The position numbers and the translations under genes were made by a program. A stretch of DNA of 64,000 nt from Nitrospirales bacterium (lineage in GTDB: Bacteria > Nitrospirota > Nitrospiria > Nitrospirales > UBA8639), in NCBI GenBank assembly GCA_963422365.1, contig OY729426.1:1248001-1312000 (forward strand). The letters run 5' to 3'. Below the pieces are notes generated by a model. It did no database searches. It saw only the letters and a program-made list of their open reading frames with translations, and had not been told where the DNA came from. Below, one piece after another: positions 20,453-31,497 of the stretch. The first letter of the stretch is position 1, and every line of letters begins with the position of its first letter.

Positions 20453-22036
20453 TCAGACGGGAGCTTCTTCGCTGTCAGGGGGAGCGGCTTGAAGAATGTG
20501 GGTCATGGCCAGAGGAAGGTATGCAAAAAGGTCGCTAGCCATCAACCCTGGATACCCGTACGTGTGAGCCGCGAGGTCGCCTGCTAATCCGTGAAGGTAG
20601 ACGCCGCTTTGAGCCGCCTCCCATGGTGAGACCCCTTGTGCGAGCAAACCGGCGATGACGCCGGTGAGAACGTCTCCCATTCCAGCAGTTGCCATGCCGG
20701 GGTTTCCTGTTGGCGTAATGGAAGTCGATCCCTGAGGATGGGCAATAATCGTTCGTGCTCCCTTCAGTACCACGATGCTTGAATGGGTGCGGGCAAAGTC
20801 TTGAGCAATCCCTAAACGATTGTGGTTCACCGTTGCCGCTGTCGATTCACCAATCAGCCGCGCCATCTCTCCGGGGTGAGGTGTCACAATCGGGGATATT
20901 GGGCATGAACGGAGGAGACTCGTATGGCCTGCTAAGGCATTCAGCGCGTCGGCATCGATGACGCTCGGGCGGTCACATTGGGAGATCAGCATGCGAATCA
21001 CCTCAGCGGTTTCAGCGTGAGTCGAAAGTCCCGGGCCAATGCCGACCGCACTGCGAGATCGAAGAAAGGTGTGAAGCTGAGGCAGGGCTTGTCGCGACAG
21101 CGTGTGGTCTGCGGTTTCAGGGAGCGGCAAGGTCATGACTTCCAGAATGCTTGATGCAAGACTTGCCTGCACGCTGGCCGGCGCGGCCACAGTGACAAGC
21201 CCTGCTCCTGCTCTAAGGGCCGCTTTGGCCGCCAAGGCAGCGGCTCCGCTTTTTCCTGATGAGCCGGCAATGATCCCGGTATGACCAAACGTCCCCTTGT
21301 GTGACGAAGCCGCGCGTGTCGGCAGCCAAGGTCGAATCATGGCAGGAGTCAACATCTCGATGGGAATGCGCAGATCTTCGACATACTGATCGGGGATTCC
21401 GATATCGACACAATGAAGTCGTCCGACGTGATCAATGCCTGCTCCCAGAAAGAGCCCGAGCTTGGGATTCCCCAACGTGACGGTCAAGGTGGCTTGAACC
21501 GCCGTCCCTAGCATCGCTCCGGTATCCGTATGAATGCCCGAAGGAAGATCCACCGCAACAGTGGGAGCCCGTGAGTCATTCATGGCGTGAATAGCCTCAT
21601 AGTACGGGCCGGTGATCGGTGAAGACGTTCCGGTCCCCAGGAGCGCATCGACGAGAAAGTGGCTGTGCCGGACCAATTGGTGCATGTGAGCCGAGGAGGG
21701 GGCGCTCAAGGCATTCGATCGACCCGCTTCTCTGACAAACCGTTGATACATCAGTTTGGCATTGCCTTTGAGATCGCGGGTGTGCGCAAGCAGGCAGACC
21801 TGAACGGTGCTGCGCTTTTGACGCAGGAGTCTTGCGACGACGAACCCATCCCCTCCATTGTGGCCTTTCCCACAGAAGATCGTCACGGTTTTTCCATTCA
21901 AGGGACCGAAGGTCTCTTCCATGGCCGAAACTACGCCGGATCCTGCTCGTTCCATCAAGACCTTTCCAGGAACATCGGCTTCGTGGATCGTGCGACGATC
22001 GAGTTCTTGTATCTGGTGAGCGGTGACGATTTTCAT
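20453..22036 (-). CDS. nnr: Bifunctional NAD(P)H-hydrate epimerase/dehydratase
   Basis: LMERAG, GKGHNGGDG, DALLGTG, HKGTFG, TPHPGEM and ATAGMGDVL motifs. Confidence 0.95.
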   Translation of the reverse strand: MKIVTAHQIQELDRRTIHEADVPGKVLMERAGSGVVSAMEETFGPLNGKTVTIFCGKGHNGGDGFVVARLLRQKRSTVQVCLLAHTRDLKGNAKLMYQRFVREAGRSNALSAPSSAHMHQLVRHSHFLVDALLGTGTSSPITGPYYEAIHAMNDSRAPTVAVDLPSGIHTDTGAMLGTAVQATLTVTLGNPKLGLFLGAGIDHVGRLHCVDIGIPDQYVEDLRIPIEMLTPAMIRPWLPTRAASSHKGTFGHTGIIAGSSGKSGAAALAAKAALRAGAGLVTVAAPASVQASLASSILEVMTLPLPETADHTLSRQALPQLHTFLRSRSAVGIGPGLSTHAETAEVIRMLISQCDRPSVIDADALNALAGHTSLLRSCPISPIVTPHPGEMARLIGESTAATVNHNRLGIAQDFARTHSSIVVLKGARTIIAHPQGSTSITPTGNPGMATAGMGDVLTGVIAGLLAQGVSPWEAAQSGVYLHGLAGDLAAHTYGYPGLMASDLFAYLPLAMTHILQAAPPDSEEAPV

Positions 22037-22065
22037 GGCGAACCAAGCACGAACGTGCTAGGCAT

Positions 22066-22794
22066 CTAGCTGTGAAGAGATGAAGGAATTAAGGCTTTCA
22101 TTTCTCTGACGGCTCGTTCGAGTCCCACGAGAACTGCGCGGGAAATAAGACTATGACCGATATTGAATTCCACGATTTCAGTGATTCCCGTCAGACGTTC
22201 GATATTGTGATAGGTCAGGCCATGGCCGGCATTCACCTCCAGTCCTAACTGCTGTGCGAGGCGCGCTCCCTGCAGAAGGGCTTCGACTTCTTTCTGGATC
22301 TCTCGGGGATGGCGGCTATTGGCATATTTCCCAGTGTGAAGTTCGACGGCATCGGCGCCGACTTTGTGCGCGGCGCGGATTTGAGCCCGGTCCGGATCGA
22401 TAAACAAGCTGACCGGAATCTGGGCGTCGTGGAAGAGGCGAATCAGGGACGTGAGTCGCCTTCGATGCTCCGTCACCGCAAGTCCGCCTTCGGTGGTGAG
22501 TTCCTGTCGCCGTTCAGGGACCAGTGTGACTTTATCAGGACGGACGTGCAACGCAATCTTCGCGGTCGCGTCGTCTGCGGCCATTTCCACATTCAAAGCG
22601 GAAGGAGCCATATCCCGCAGCAGAGTCAGGTCTCGTTCTTGGATATGTCGACGATCTTCACGGAGATGGACGACCAAGCCATCGGCGCCTCCGAGGTCCG
22701 CCAGAACCGCTGCGGCAAGAGGGTCTGGCTCATGACCTCCTCGGGCCTGCCGAAGAGTGGCCACATGATCAATGTTGACGCCGAGCCGAGCCAT
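22066..22794 (-). CDS. pdxJ: Pyridoxine 5'-phosphate synthase
   Basis: [36 protein letters not shown]. Confidence 0.97.
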   Translation of the reverse strand: MARLGVNIDHVATLRQARGGHEPDPLAAAVLADLGGADGLVVHLREDRRHIQERDLTLLRDMAPSALNVEMAADDATAKIALHVRPDKVTLVPERRQELTTEGGLAVTEHRRRLTSLIRLFHDAQIPVSLFIDPDRAQIRAAHKVGADAVELHTGKYANSRHPREIQKEVEALLQGARLAQQLGLEVNAGHGLTYHNIERLTGITEIVEFNIGHSLISRAVLVGLERAVREMKALIPSSLHS

Positions 22795-22960
22795 AATAAC
22801 CTTGCTGATCAATGTCGAAGTATCTGGGCCGAGGACCGTCTCATGTCCTTTTTCATTATGGCAAAACGGGCAAGGGGTCGCAATGAACCTTGCTCGATTA
22901 TCTCTGAGAGGGCCATGCTCCTGAAGTATAAGAAAAAATCTGAAAAAACAAAGCCTTTCA

Positions 22961-22989
22961 TTGACTGGGTGTAAGACCTCTACTACAAT
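22961..22989 (+). promoter_or_regulatory. sigma70-like promoter of the alaC-hom-thrC operon
   Basis: TTGACT-17 nt-TACAAT. Confidence 0.55.
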
Positions 22990-23057
22990 AACAGGTTATC
23001 ATAATGACCCGTCACAACAGTCAGGTTCCCTAAAAACAAGGGGTATTCTGCTGACCC

Positions 23058-24242
23058 ATGCAAAACTTTTTTCGCATTCAACGCCTTCCGCCCTACGTAT
23101 TTAGTCAGGTTGAGGAACTCAAAATTCAGGCGCGGCAGCGTGGTGAGGATATTATTGACTTTGGGATGGGGAATCCTGATCAAGCGACCCCCCCCCATAT
23201 TGTTGAGAAATTAGTCGAAGCTGCACAGAAAGGAAAAAATCACAGGTATTCGGCTTCTCGTGGTATTACGAGATTACGTCATGCCATCAGTACGTGGTAT
23301 GGGCAACACTATAATGTGGATATTGATCCCGAGACCGAAGCTATCGTGACGTTGGGCGTCAAAGAAGGACTATCGCATTTAGTGCTTGCGATGTTAGGGC
23401 CGGGCGACGTGGTGCTGACACCCACGCCGACGTATCCCATTCATATGTACAGCGTGATTATTGCGGGAGGAGAAGTGCGTGGCGTCGAGCTGCGTCCCAC
23501 TGACGATTTCTTTGAAAATCTCACGCGAGCCTATCGCCAAAGCCAACCCAGGCCTAAAGCCTTGATCATGAGTTTTCCCCACAACCCGACCACGAGTGTG
23601 GTGGATTTGGAGTTTTTTAAAAAAGTGGTGGCGTTTGCCCGTGAGCACAATCTCTATGTCATTCATGACCTGGCCTATGCGGACATTGTCTTCGATGGCT
23701 ATCGAGCGCCAAGTTTATTGCAAGTGCCGGAAGCGAAAGAAATCGGCGTGGAATTGTACTCGTTATCCAAAAGCTACAACATGCCTGGGTGGCGGGTCGG
23801 ATTCTGCGTCGGCAATCAAGACATCATTGCGGCCTTGACCAAGATCAAAAGCTATTTGGATTACGGGATGTTTCAGCCTATCCAAATTTCCAGTATTATC
23901 GCGCTCACGGGACCGCAGGATTGCGTGAAGTCCATTGTAAGTCAATATGAACACCGGCGTAATGCATTAGTCTCCAGCCTGAATCGTATCGGCTGGTGGG
24001 TTGATTATCCACGGGCCACGATGTTTGTGTGGGCTCGAATTCCCGCAACCTACGCGGGAATGGGTTCGCTCGAGTTTTCAAAGTTTCTTCTCCGAGAAGG
24101 GAAGGTGGCGGTGTCCCCGGGGATTGGATTTGGAGAAGGCGGAGATGACTATGTACGATTCGCGTTGGTGGAAAACGAACATCGAACGCATCAAGCCATT
24201 CGGGGCATCAAGGCCGCGTTAAAATTAGAAGAGCAACCATGA
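23058..24242 (+). CDS. alaC: Class I/II PLP aminotransferase (AlaC-like)
   Basis: [44 protein letters not shown]. Confidence 0.85.
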   Translation: MQNFFRIQRLPPYVFSQVEELKIQARQRGEDIIDFGMGNPDQATPPHIVEKLVEAAQKGKNHRYSASRGITRLRHAISTWYGQHYNVDIDPETEAIVTLGVKEGLSHLVLAMLGPGDVVLTPTPTYPIHMYSVIIAGGEVRGVELRPTDDFFENLTRAYRQSQPRPKALIMSFPHNPTTSVVDLEFFKKVVAFAREHNLYVIHDLAYADIVFDGYRAPSLLQVPEAKEIGVELYSLSKSYNMPGWRVGFCVGNQDIIAALTKIKSYLDYGMFQPIQISSIIALTGPQDCVKSIVSQYEHRRNALVSSLNRIGWWVDYPRATMFVWARIPATYAGMGSLEFSKFLLREGKVAVSPGIGFGEGGDDYVRFALVENEHRTHQAIRGIKAALKLEEQP

Positions 24243-25555
24243 ACGGCGAAATCGGAATAGGCTTAGTCGGATTTGGCACCGTCGGGTCCGGGGCCGCGAA
24301 GATCCTGTTCAACCAGGCCGAGTTGATTGCGCGACGGGTAGGGGTGCCGCTGCGCTTGAAACGAATCGTGGATCGTGATGTCACGTCGGATCGTGACGTG
24401 GTGCTTCCCCAGGGCGTTCTCAGTACGGACCTCTCGGGACTCATGAAAGATGAGTCCATCGAGATCGTGATGGAATTGGTCGGAGGATATGATTTTGCGA
24501 AACGTGTCATGCTCGAAGCCATCAGCAAAGGCAAACATGTCGTCACCGCCAATAAGGCTTTGCTGGCGGTTCATGGGGAGGACGTGTTTGCCGCGGCTCA
24601 TCGTGCGGGTGTGGACGTGGGATTCGAGGCCAGTGTAGGTGGAGGCATTCCGATCCTTCGATCAGTGACCGAGGGGCTGGCGGCCAATCATTGTGCTTCC
24701 TTAGTCGGCATCATGAACGGCACCTCCAACTATATTTTGACTCAGATGAAACGCGAGGGACAGGAATTTCAAGATGCCCTGGCGGATGCGCAAGCCGCCG
24801 GCTACGCAGAGGCGGATCCGACGTTTGATATCGAAGGAATCGATTCCGCACACAAGTTGGCGATCATGGTCAGCTTGGCCTATGGAACGCCTGTCAACGT
24901 CAAGGAGATTTATACCGAAGGCATTCAACGATTGACGGCCTTGGATATTCGCTACGCATCGGAGTTGGGGATGACGGTGAAACTGCTGGGGCTGGCGAAA
25001 TGTTGTGAAGGCGGAATCGAAGCACGCGTTCATCCCACCATGATCGGCAATGCGGCGCCGTTGGCCCAAGTGCATGGAGTCTATAACGCCATTCACATCG
25101 TGGGCGATGCCGTGGGCGATGTCATGTTTTACGGGCAGGGAGCCGGTTCATTGCCGACAGGGAGCGCGGTCGTGAGTGACGTCATCGACATTGCGCGCAA
25201 CATTCGCAAGCACGCCTGTGGGCGTGTGCCGCCGACCTCGTTTCAAATGGACGGCAGAGTGCCGATCCCGATTCGCCCGATGGAAGAATTGACCACCCGC
25301 TATTACCTGCGCTGTATGGTTCCGGATCAGCCTGGGGTGCTTTCCAAGATTGCCGGCATACTCGGCAATCAGTCCATTAGTATTGCCTCTGTATTGCAGC
25401 AGGCTCGGCAAGAAGGCCAAACGGTGCCGGTTGTGATCATGACTCATCGCGCGTGCGAACGCTCGGTCCAAACCGCAATACAAGAAATCAATCGTCTGTC
25501 TTCGCTTGTTTCAGAGCCGGTGACGTTCATCCGGGTAGAGGATCAAGAAACGTGA
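24239..25555 (+). CDS. hom: Homoserine dehydrogenase
   Basis: [36 protein letters not shown]-terminal ACT domain. Confidence 0.97.
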   Translation: MNGEIGIGLVGFGTVGSGAAKILFNQAELIARRVGVPLRLKRIVDRDVTSDRDVVLPQGVLSTDLSGLMKDESIEIVMELVGGYDFAKRVMLEAISKGKHVVTANKALLAVHGEDVFAAAHRAGVDVGFEASVGGGIPILRSVTEGLAANHCASLVGIMNGTSNYILTQMKREGQEFQDALADAQAAGYAEADPTFDIEGIDSAHKLAIMVSLAYGTPVNVKEIYTEGIQRLTALDIRYASELGMTVKLLGLAKCCEGGIEARVHPTMIGNAAPLAQVHGVYNAIHIVGDAVGDVMFYGQGAGSLPTGSAVVSDVIDIARNIRKHACGRVPPTSFQMDGRVPIPIRPMEELTTRYYLRCMVPDQPGVLSKIAGILGNQSISIASVLQQARQEGQTVPVVIMTHRACERSVQTAIQEINRLSSLVSEPVTFIRVEDQET

Positions 25556-25631
25556 CGTGGAGCAAGGGTGCCATTCATCGTGAGTCTCGGCACAGGACCT
25601 CCGTAGTGTTTGTAGGCGGTGAGAGAGCACG

Positions 25632-26690
25632 ATGAGGCCCTGGCGTGGAATTATAGAAGAGTTCAGAAAGTTTCTTCCGGTCACGGATCAGACCCCGGTA
25701 GTCACCCTGTGTGAAGGCCACACTCCCTTGATTCAAGCCAAACGGCTGGCCAAACAAATCTGTCCGCACGTCGACCTGTATCTCAAAGTCGAAGGAGCCA
25801 ACCCAACCGGTTCGTTCAAAGATCGGGGGATGACCTTAGCGGTATCCAAGGCGTTGGAAAAACACGCCCGTGCGGTCATGTGTGCCTCAACTGGTAATAC
25901 ATCGGCGTCGGCTGCAGCCTATGGCGGGCGGGCAGGGTTGCCGGTGTACGTGCTGGTGCCGGCGGGGAAGGTGGCTTTAGGAAAACTGGCGCAAGCGATG
26001 GCGCATGGGGCCATCGTGATTCAAATTGAAGGCAATTTCGATCAGGCGCTTTCAATCGTCAAGGACTTGTGTGCGAACGAAGAATTTGAACTCGTCAATT
26101 CGTTAAACCCCTTTCGCTTAGAAGGACAAAAAACCGCGGCCCTGGAAGTTTGTGATCAGTTGGGCCGCGCGCCCTCGTACCATTTTTTGCCGGTGGGCAA
26201 TGCCGGCAATATCTCGGCGTATTGGAAGGGGTACAAGGAATACCATACGGCGGGACAAATCGCGCGATGCCCGAAAATGATGGGCTTTCAGGCCCAAGGG
26301 GCGGCGCCGATTGTTCGAGGCCATGTGATCGAACAGCCCCAAACCGTGGCGACGGCCATTCGGATTGGCAATCCTGCAAGTTGGCAGCTGGCGCTGCAAG
26401 CGGTGGAGAAATCTTCTGGAGCGATTCAGATGGTGACGGATGAAGAAATTCTCGGGGCGTATCAAGTGCTCGCCAAAGAAGAAGGCGTCTTTTGTGAGCC
26501 TGCTTCTGCGGCCTCGGTGGCTGGATTGACCAAGTACAGCCGGGCAGGGTTGTTGCCTGAAGCCGCCACAGTCGTCTGCACGTTAACCGGCCATGGACTG
26601 AAGGACCCTGATATTGCCGTTGAGATCTCACCCAAAGCCCGGACGGTCAAAGCCACACGGGAAGATGTTCTCTCGTTGCTACGACCCTGA
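25632..26690 (+). CDS. thrC: Threonine synthase
   Basis: NPTGSFKDRG, CASTGNTSAS, PVGNAGN, LTGHGLKD. Confidence 0.96.
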   Translation: MRPWRGIIEEFRKFLPVTDQTPVVTLCEGHTPLIQAKRLAKQICPHVDLYLKVEGANPTGSFKDRGMTLAVSKALEKHARAVMCASTGNTSASAAAYGGRAGLPVYVLVPAGKVALGKLAQAMAHGAIVIQIEGNFDQALSIVKDLCANEEFELVNSLNPFRLEGQKTAALEVCDQLGRAPSYHFLPVGNAGNISAYWKGYKEYHTAGQIARCPKMMGFQAQGAAPIVRGHVIEQPQTVATAIRIGNPASWQLALQAVEKSSGAIQMVTDEEILGAYQVLAKEEGVFCEPASAASVAGLTKYSRAGLLPEAATVVCTLTGHGLKDPDIAVEISPKARTVKATREDVLSLLRP

Positions 26691-26812
26691 GCGCAAGGTA
26701 ACGACTCCCGTTTCCTGCCTGATGAGATCCCGCAGTGACAACCAGATTTCTGTTATGTGTCGGGCCGCATCCCATGTGGCCCAGGATAGGCAACGACGTG
26801 TGGGAACGCCTC

Positions 26813-26908
26813 GGGGCGCATGAGATGGCGCCGCGACAGAGAGTGGGAAGAGGACGGGATGAGGCACGTCCCTGACCCGTACTCCGATACAGGGGATCCC
26901 GCAACGAC
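26813..26908 (-). repeat. Two degenerate REP elements, one with a hairpin inserted in its loop
   Basis: Reverse strand reads GTCGTTGCGGGATC[CCCTGTATCGGAGTACGGGTCAGGGACGTGCC]TCATCCCG, then GTCGCGGCGCCATCTCATGCGCCCC. Confidence 0.6.
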
Positions 26909-26934
26909 AAAAGAAGCAGAAAAAGGCACCACGC

Positions 26935-28176
26935 ATGGCACTGTTCATCCAAAAGTTCGGCGGAACGTCTGTTGGGAATATTGAGCGAATCCACTGGATT
27001 GCCGAACTGATAGAACAAACCTATAGAGCGGGCAACCAAGTCGTGGTGGTGGTGTCTGCCATGAGTGGGGAGACGGATCGACTGTTGCGGCTTGCCCATG
27101 AAATCACCCCGCAACCGGATGACCGGGAACTTGATATGTTGTTATCGTCTGGAGAGCGTGTCCCCATTGCCCTGCTGGCGATGAAACTGCGGAGTCGTGG
27201 AATCAATGCGCGTTCATTTACCGGGCGCCAAGTTGGAATCGTGACCAACAGTTCGCACACGCGGGCCCGTATTGCGAAAGTGATGGCCGATCCCGTGAAA
27301 CAGGCCCTTGCCAAAGGGGTCCTGCCCATTGTGGCGGGGTTTCAAGGCGTCAACGAACGCGCGGAAGTCACCACGCTCGGAAGAGGGGGGTCGGATCTGA
27401 CGGCCGTTGCGTTGGCCGCGACATTGCAGGCGGACCAATGCGTCATCTTTACCGATGTAGATGGAGTGTACACCACCGATCCCAACGTCGTTCCCTCGGC
27501 CAGGCGGATTCCGAAACTGTCCTATGAGGAAATGCTGGAGCTGGCGAGTTTAGGGGCGAAAGTGCTCCAGGCACGTTCCGTCGAATTTGCAGCGAAATAC
27601 CACGTTCCGGTACAAGTAAAATCGAGTTTTCAGGAAGGGGAAGGCACACTTGTGACGCATGAAGACGTGGATATGGAACAGGCTGTGGTGTCCGGGGTCA
27701 CAGGCGATCGGAACCAAGCCAAGATTACCGTTGTGGGCGTTCCGGACCGCCCGGGTATTGCCGCGAACGTATTTGGCGTCGTGGCGGGAGCCGCCATTGT
27801 GGTAGATATGATCATTCAAAACGTGAGCCACCGGGATGCGTTAACGGATATTTCCTTTACGGTGCCACGGAGCGATCTGGCGCGTGCAATGGCCTTAGTC
27901 AGACAGACAGCCGACGAAGTTGACGCAAGGGCTGTGGAAGTCAAGGAGGAGATTGCCAAGGTATCGTTGGTGGGAGTCGGCATGCGGTCCCATTCGGGAG
28001 TGGCCGCCCGGATGTTCCAAACGCTCGCACGCGAAAAAATTAACATCATGATGATCAGTACGTCAGAAATTAAGATTTCCTGCGTGTTGGATGAGGAGGC
28101 TGTCGACAAAGCCGTCCGAGCTCTTCATCAGGAATTCGGGCTGGACAAGGCCTCTGAAAACACCGAGACTCCATGA
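26935..28176 (+). CDS. lysC: Aspartate kinase
   Basis: QKFGGTSV, VVSAM, TTLGRGGSD, TDVDG; two ACT domains, ISTSEIKIS. Confidence 0.97.
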   Translation: MALFIQKFGGTSVGNIERIHWIAELIEQTYRAGNQVVVVVSAMSGETDRLLRLAHEITPQPDDRELDMLLSSGERVPIALLAMKLRSRGINARSFTGRQVGIVTNSSHTRARIAKVMADPVKQALAKGVLPIVAGFQGVNERAEVTTLGRGGSDLTAVALAATLQADQCVIFTDVDGVYTTDPNVVPSARRIPKLSYEEMLELASLGAKVLQARSVEFAAKYHVPVQVKSSFQEGEGTLVTHEDVDMEQAVVSGVTGDRNQAKITVVGVPDRPGIAANVFGVVAGAAIVVDMIIQNVSHRDALTDISFTVPRSDLARAMALVRQTADEVDARAVEVKEEIAKVSLVGVGMRSHSGVAARMFQTLAREKINIMMISTSEIKISCVLDEEAVDKAVRALHQEFGLDKASENTETP

Positions 28177-28285
28177 AGCAGCCTTGAAAAAGAAAACGTG
28201 ATTCGAGTATGTACGTAGAGACGGACCTTCTGCAGAACGGCTTTCAGGCGATCGTGCAAGTCCGAAGCCGATACAGATTGAGAAC

Positions 28286-29899
28286 ATGATGACGGATTTG
28301 ACCCATTTGGAAATCTACGATACCACGCTTCGAGATGGCGCTCAGGCCGAAGATGTGAGTTTTTCGGTTGAAGATAAAGTCCGCATTGCGCAGAAGCTTG
28401 ATGAGTTAGGCGTCCATTTCATCGAGGGAGGATGGCCCGGAGCGAATCCTCGAGATAGAGAGTTTTTTCAGGCCATCCGGTTGATTCCGCTTCAACACGC
28501 GAAAATTGTGGCCTTTGGCTCGACCCGAAAGGCCAAACAATCAGCCGACACCGATGCCAATCTGCAAGCGCTCTTGGCGGCGGACACCAAAATCATCACC
28601 GTTTTCGGGAAAAGCTGGACCTTGCATGTCACGGAGGCGTTAGGCACCTCGTTGGAAGCCAATCTCGAACTGATTCGGGATTCCATCGCGTACTTGTGTG
28701 CCCATGAGAAACAGGTGTTTTATGATGCGGAACACTTTTTTGATGGGTTGAAGGCCGATTCCGCCTATGCGATGCAGACGATACAAGCGGCAACCGATGG
28801 CGGCGCCGAACGGATTATTCTCTGCGACACCAACGGCGGTACCATGCCGTGGGAGATCCAATCCATGTGGGCGCAGGTGAAGCAGGTGTGTCGGGTCCCG
28901 TTGGGCATTCATGCGCATAATGACGCGGAAATGGCGGTGGCCAATACCTTGGTGGCTGTGCAGCAGGGAGCCCGACAAGTGCAAGGAACGATCAATGGGA
29001 TCGGAGAGCGATGCGGGAACGTCAATCTCTGTTCCGTCCTGGCCAATCTCGAGTTAAAGATGAAGACCGAAGTATTAGGAAGCGATCGGATCCGGCAACT
29101 CCGGAATGTCTCCAATTTTGTTTCGGAAACTGCGAACCTCCTGCCGAATAAGCGGCAACCCTATGTCGGGGATGCGGCGTTTGCCCATAAGGGGGGGGTG
29201 CACATCCATGCCGTTCAGAAAAATGCCCAAACGTATGAGCATGTTGCTCCGGAATTAGTGGGCAATCGGCAACGGGTCCTGATTTCGGATAATGCCGGGC
29301 GAAGTGGGGTGGTCCGGAAGGTAGAAAATTTAGGCTTCAGCCTCTCCAAAGAGCATCCGCATCTCCAAGAACTGTTGGCCCAACTCAAGGGCCTGGAACG
29401 AGATGGCTACCAGTACGAAGGGGCTGAAGGATCATTCGAGTTACTGGTCCGAGAAGCAATGGGAACGCATCGTCCCTTCTTTGAACTGTTAGGCTTGCGG
29501 GTCATCGTCGAGAAACGACATGCCGATAAGGGGCTGAGTACAGAAGCCACAGTCAAAGTGAAGGTCGATCATATCGTGGAACAAACAGCGGCAGAGGGTG
29601 ACGGACCTGTCAATGCGCTGGATAACGCCTTACGGAAAGCTCTCGAAAAATTCTACCCCGAACTTCGCGAAGTCCAGTTGTTGGACTACAAAGTGCGCGT
29701 GTTGGCGGGTCGTCACGGGACCGGATCAAAGGTCAGGGTATTGATTGAGTCCGGCGACCAGAAGAGTACCTGGGGCACGGTGGGCGTTTCAGAAAATATT
29801 ATCGAGGCCAGTTGGCAAGCCTTGGCCGATAGCATTGAGTATAAGCTGTTAAAGAGCAAGCCCGATGAGACGGTGGAATCGAGTAGGGGGTCATCCTGA
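28286..29899 (+). CDS. cimA: Citramalate synthase (alpha-IPM synthase family)
   Basis: YDTTLRDGAQ, EGGWPGANP, YDAEHFFDG, HAHND, AFAHKGGVH, WGTVGVSENII. Confidence 0.9.
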   Translation: MMTDLTHLEIYDTTLRDGAQAEDVSFSVEDKVRIAQKLDELGVHFIEGGWPGANPRDREFFQAIRLIPLQHAKIVAFGSTRKAKQSADTDANLQALLAADTKIITVFGKSWTLHVTEALGTSLEANLELIRDSIAYLCAHEKQVFYDAEHFFDGLKADSAYAMQTIQAATDGGAERIILCDTNGGTMPWEIQSMWAQVKQVCRVPLGIHAHNDAEMAVANTLVAVQQGARQVQGTINGIGERCGNVNLCSVLANLELKMKTEVLGSDRIRQLRNVSNFVSETANLLPNKRQPYVGDAAFAHKGGVHIHAVQKNAQTYEHVAPELVGNRQRVLISDNAGRSGVVRKVENLGFSLSKEHPHLQELLAQLKGLERDGYQYEGAEGSFELLVREAMGTHRPFFELLGLRVIVEKRHADKGLSTEATVKVKVDHIVEQTAAEGDGPVNALDNALRKALEKFYPELREVQLLDYKVRVLAGRHGTGSKVRVLIESGDQKSTWGTVGVSENIIEASWQALADSIEYKLLKSKPDETVESSRGSS

Positions 29900-30019
29900 T
29901 GACTGTTCTTGACAAATCCAGTGCCCGTTCGAGAATTGGCAGGGGGGGCAATCCCGTGAATCCCTCGCGAACAAAAACGACCCAGATCGAAGGAAGTAAC
30001 CACAGGGTCCGCCGAGACG

Positions 30020-30295
30020 ATGCGTAAAGCTGATATTGCCAATCACATCTGTGAACAAGTAGGCGTTTCCAAAACCGAGGCCATGGATTTGGTGGAGTAT
30101 GTCTTGAATTGCATGAAAGGCGTGCTGCGCAAAGGCGAAGCGGTGAAAATTGCGGGATTCGGAAATTTTATGGTGCGAAGCAAGGGAGAGCGTAAGGGAC
30201 GGAATCCTCGAACCGGTGAAGAAATTGCCATCACCCCTCGACGGGTGGTCACCTTTCGAGCAAGTCAAATCTTCAAAAGAGAAATGAATTCGTAA
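30020..30295 (+). CDS. ihfA: Integration host factor subunit (IHF-alpha-like)
   Basis: GFGNF..RKGRNPRTGEEI.ITPRRVVTF; upstream of MerR and tRNA-Pro. Confidence 0.85.
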   Translation: MRKADIANHICEQVGVSKTEAMDLVEYVLNCMKGVLRKGEAVKIAGFGNFMVRSKGERKGRNPRTGEEIAITPRRVVTFRASQIFKREMNS

Positions 30296-30352
30296 GGCCA
30301 TACGCCAACCTCATGCATCGGCAGGGAGGGAGGCCTTTGTTGGGAATACCCC

Positions 30353-30730
30353 ATGGCGAGTAAATTCCCGGACAAGGTGTTTTATAAGATTGGTGAAGTC
30401 AGTACGATTACGAAATTGCCGGCTTCCGTGCTTCGTTTTTGGGAATCCGAGTTCAGCTTCCTTCGTCCTAGAAAGAGTCAGGGGCGACACCGGGTATATG
30501 ATAAACAGACGATCGAAACCGTTCTGGAAATCAAACGGATGCTCTATGAGGAAGGCTATACCATTATGGGCCTCAAACGGTACTGGCGCCGTCGACGAGT
30601 GCGCAGCCAGGAGAGCACGTCGATTTCAGGTGGGCAGGTGCAGCGAATCAAAGAGGAGCTCCAAGATATCTTGGATATGTTAAATACCTCGAGTCATCAA
30701 AAGACCCAGCCAACGACTTATCCGCATTAA
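30353..30730 (+). CDS. MerR-family HTH regulator
   Basis: PDKVFYKIGEV..LRFWESEF..LYEEGYTI.G. Confidence 0.9.
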   Translation: MASKFPDKVFYKIGEVSTITKLPASVLRFWESEFSFLRPRKSQGRHRVYDKQTIETVLEIKRMLYEEGYTIMGLKRYWRRRRVRSQESTSISGGQVQRIKEELQDILDMLNTSSHQKTQPTTYPH

Positions 30731-30779
30731 ACCGAAGAGAGGTTGAGACCTACCCTTTTTCCAGTGGTTGAATCATTGT

Positions 30780-30856
30780 CGGGGCGTGGCGCAGCCCGGT
30801 AGCGCACTCGCTTGGGGTGCGAGAGGTCGGCCGTTCAAATCGGCTCGCCCCGACCA
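30780..30856 (+). tRNA. tRNA-Pro(GGG)
   Basis: CGGGGCG/CGCCCCG acceptor stem, anticodon loop TTGGGGT, GTTCAAAT, CCA end; 77 nt. Confidence 0.96.
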
Positions 30857-30916
30857 TGATTGCCGATCTTCCCGTTTTCATGATAAGTGCTGCTCAGCAT
30901 GACAGATGAAAATCTT

Positions 30917-31070
30917 GTAGGGCGCTATCCCTGTTCTGAGGCCCGCACAGGCCTCATGGCGATTGTAGCGGCGGGATCTCATCCCGCCTTCTTCCGGACG
31001 GCAGAAGCCTGCCCTTGGCCTGATCGGGGGATGCGGCCCTACGAGATTCTTTCGCTGCGCTCAGAATGCC
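30917..31070. repeat. Cluster of three GTAG-REPs (two with loop insertions) plus a GATTCTTTCGCTGCGCTCAGAATG hairpin
   Basis: GTAG at 30917 and 30965 (GTAGCGGCGGGATCTCATCCCGCC); an inverted copy ends in CTAC at 31042. Confidence 0.75.
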
Positions 31071-31134
31071 AATAGAGGGCTGATAATAATAACTAAGGGC
31101 ACAGACCTCTGGCAGTCACGATGCGCGCGCGGGG

Positions 31135-31389
31135 TCAGGCTTGAAGATCATCATCATCTTCGATGAGATCTTCGCTCTCCGGCATGCCATAAGCCACAAA
31201 TTTCGCATATGACAGATAAATGCTGCTACTGTCTCTCATGGCCTTTGTTCCGGCGGTCATGCGTTCGAGTTTGTTGGCATCCGCCCCTTCTGTGGATTGG
31301 AGAGAAATCAGATATTGATCAAGGACCTCATTGTAGCGTTGCATGGAACGTTCAACTTCTAAGTAAGCCGGCATTAACTGGTCGTGCAT
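31135..31389 (-). CDS. Small conserved-looking hypothetical protein (helical, acidic tail)
   Basis: GGAGG RBS before ATG (MHDQLMP...); protein-like composition. Confidence 0.7.
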   Translation of the reverse strand: MHDQLMPAYLEVERSMQRYNEVLDQYLISLQSTEGADANKLERMTAGTKAMRDSSSIYLSYAKFVAYGMPESEDLIEDDDDLQA

Positions 31390-31497
31390 GAGCGTACCTC
31401 CCAAATGTAGCGCACCACCATACACAAGGCGCCTCCCAGGGTCAATATCCATCAACTTGTATCATTGAGGATCCGGGGAGGAGACGACGCCAAGATC

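Noticed and set aside
22036..22066. Absence of acpS between pdxJ and nnr
   Set aside because: The gene may be elsewhere in the genome; not assessable from this window.
22309..22974. Numerous long antisense ORFs (e.g. opposite pdxJ, the methyltransferase and the porin)
   Set aside because: Shadow ORFs of GC-rich coding genes with no motifs or RBS.
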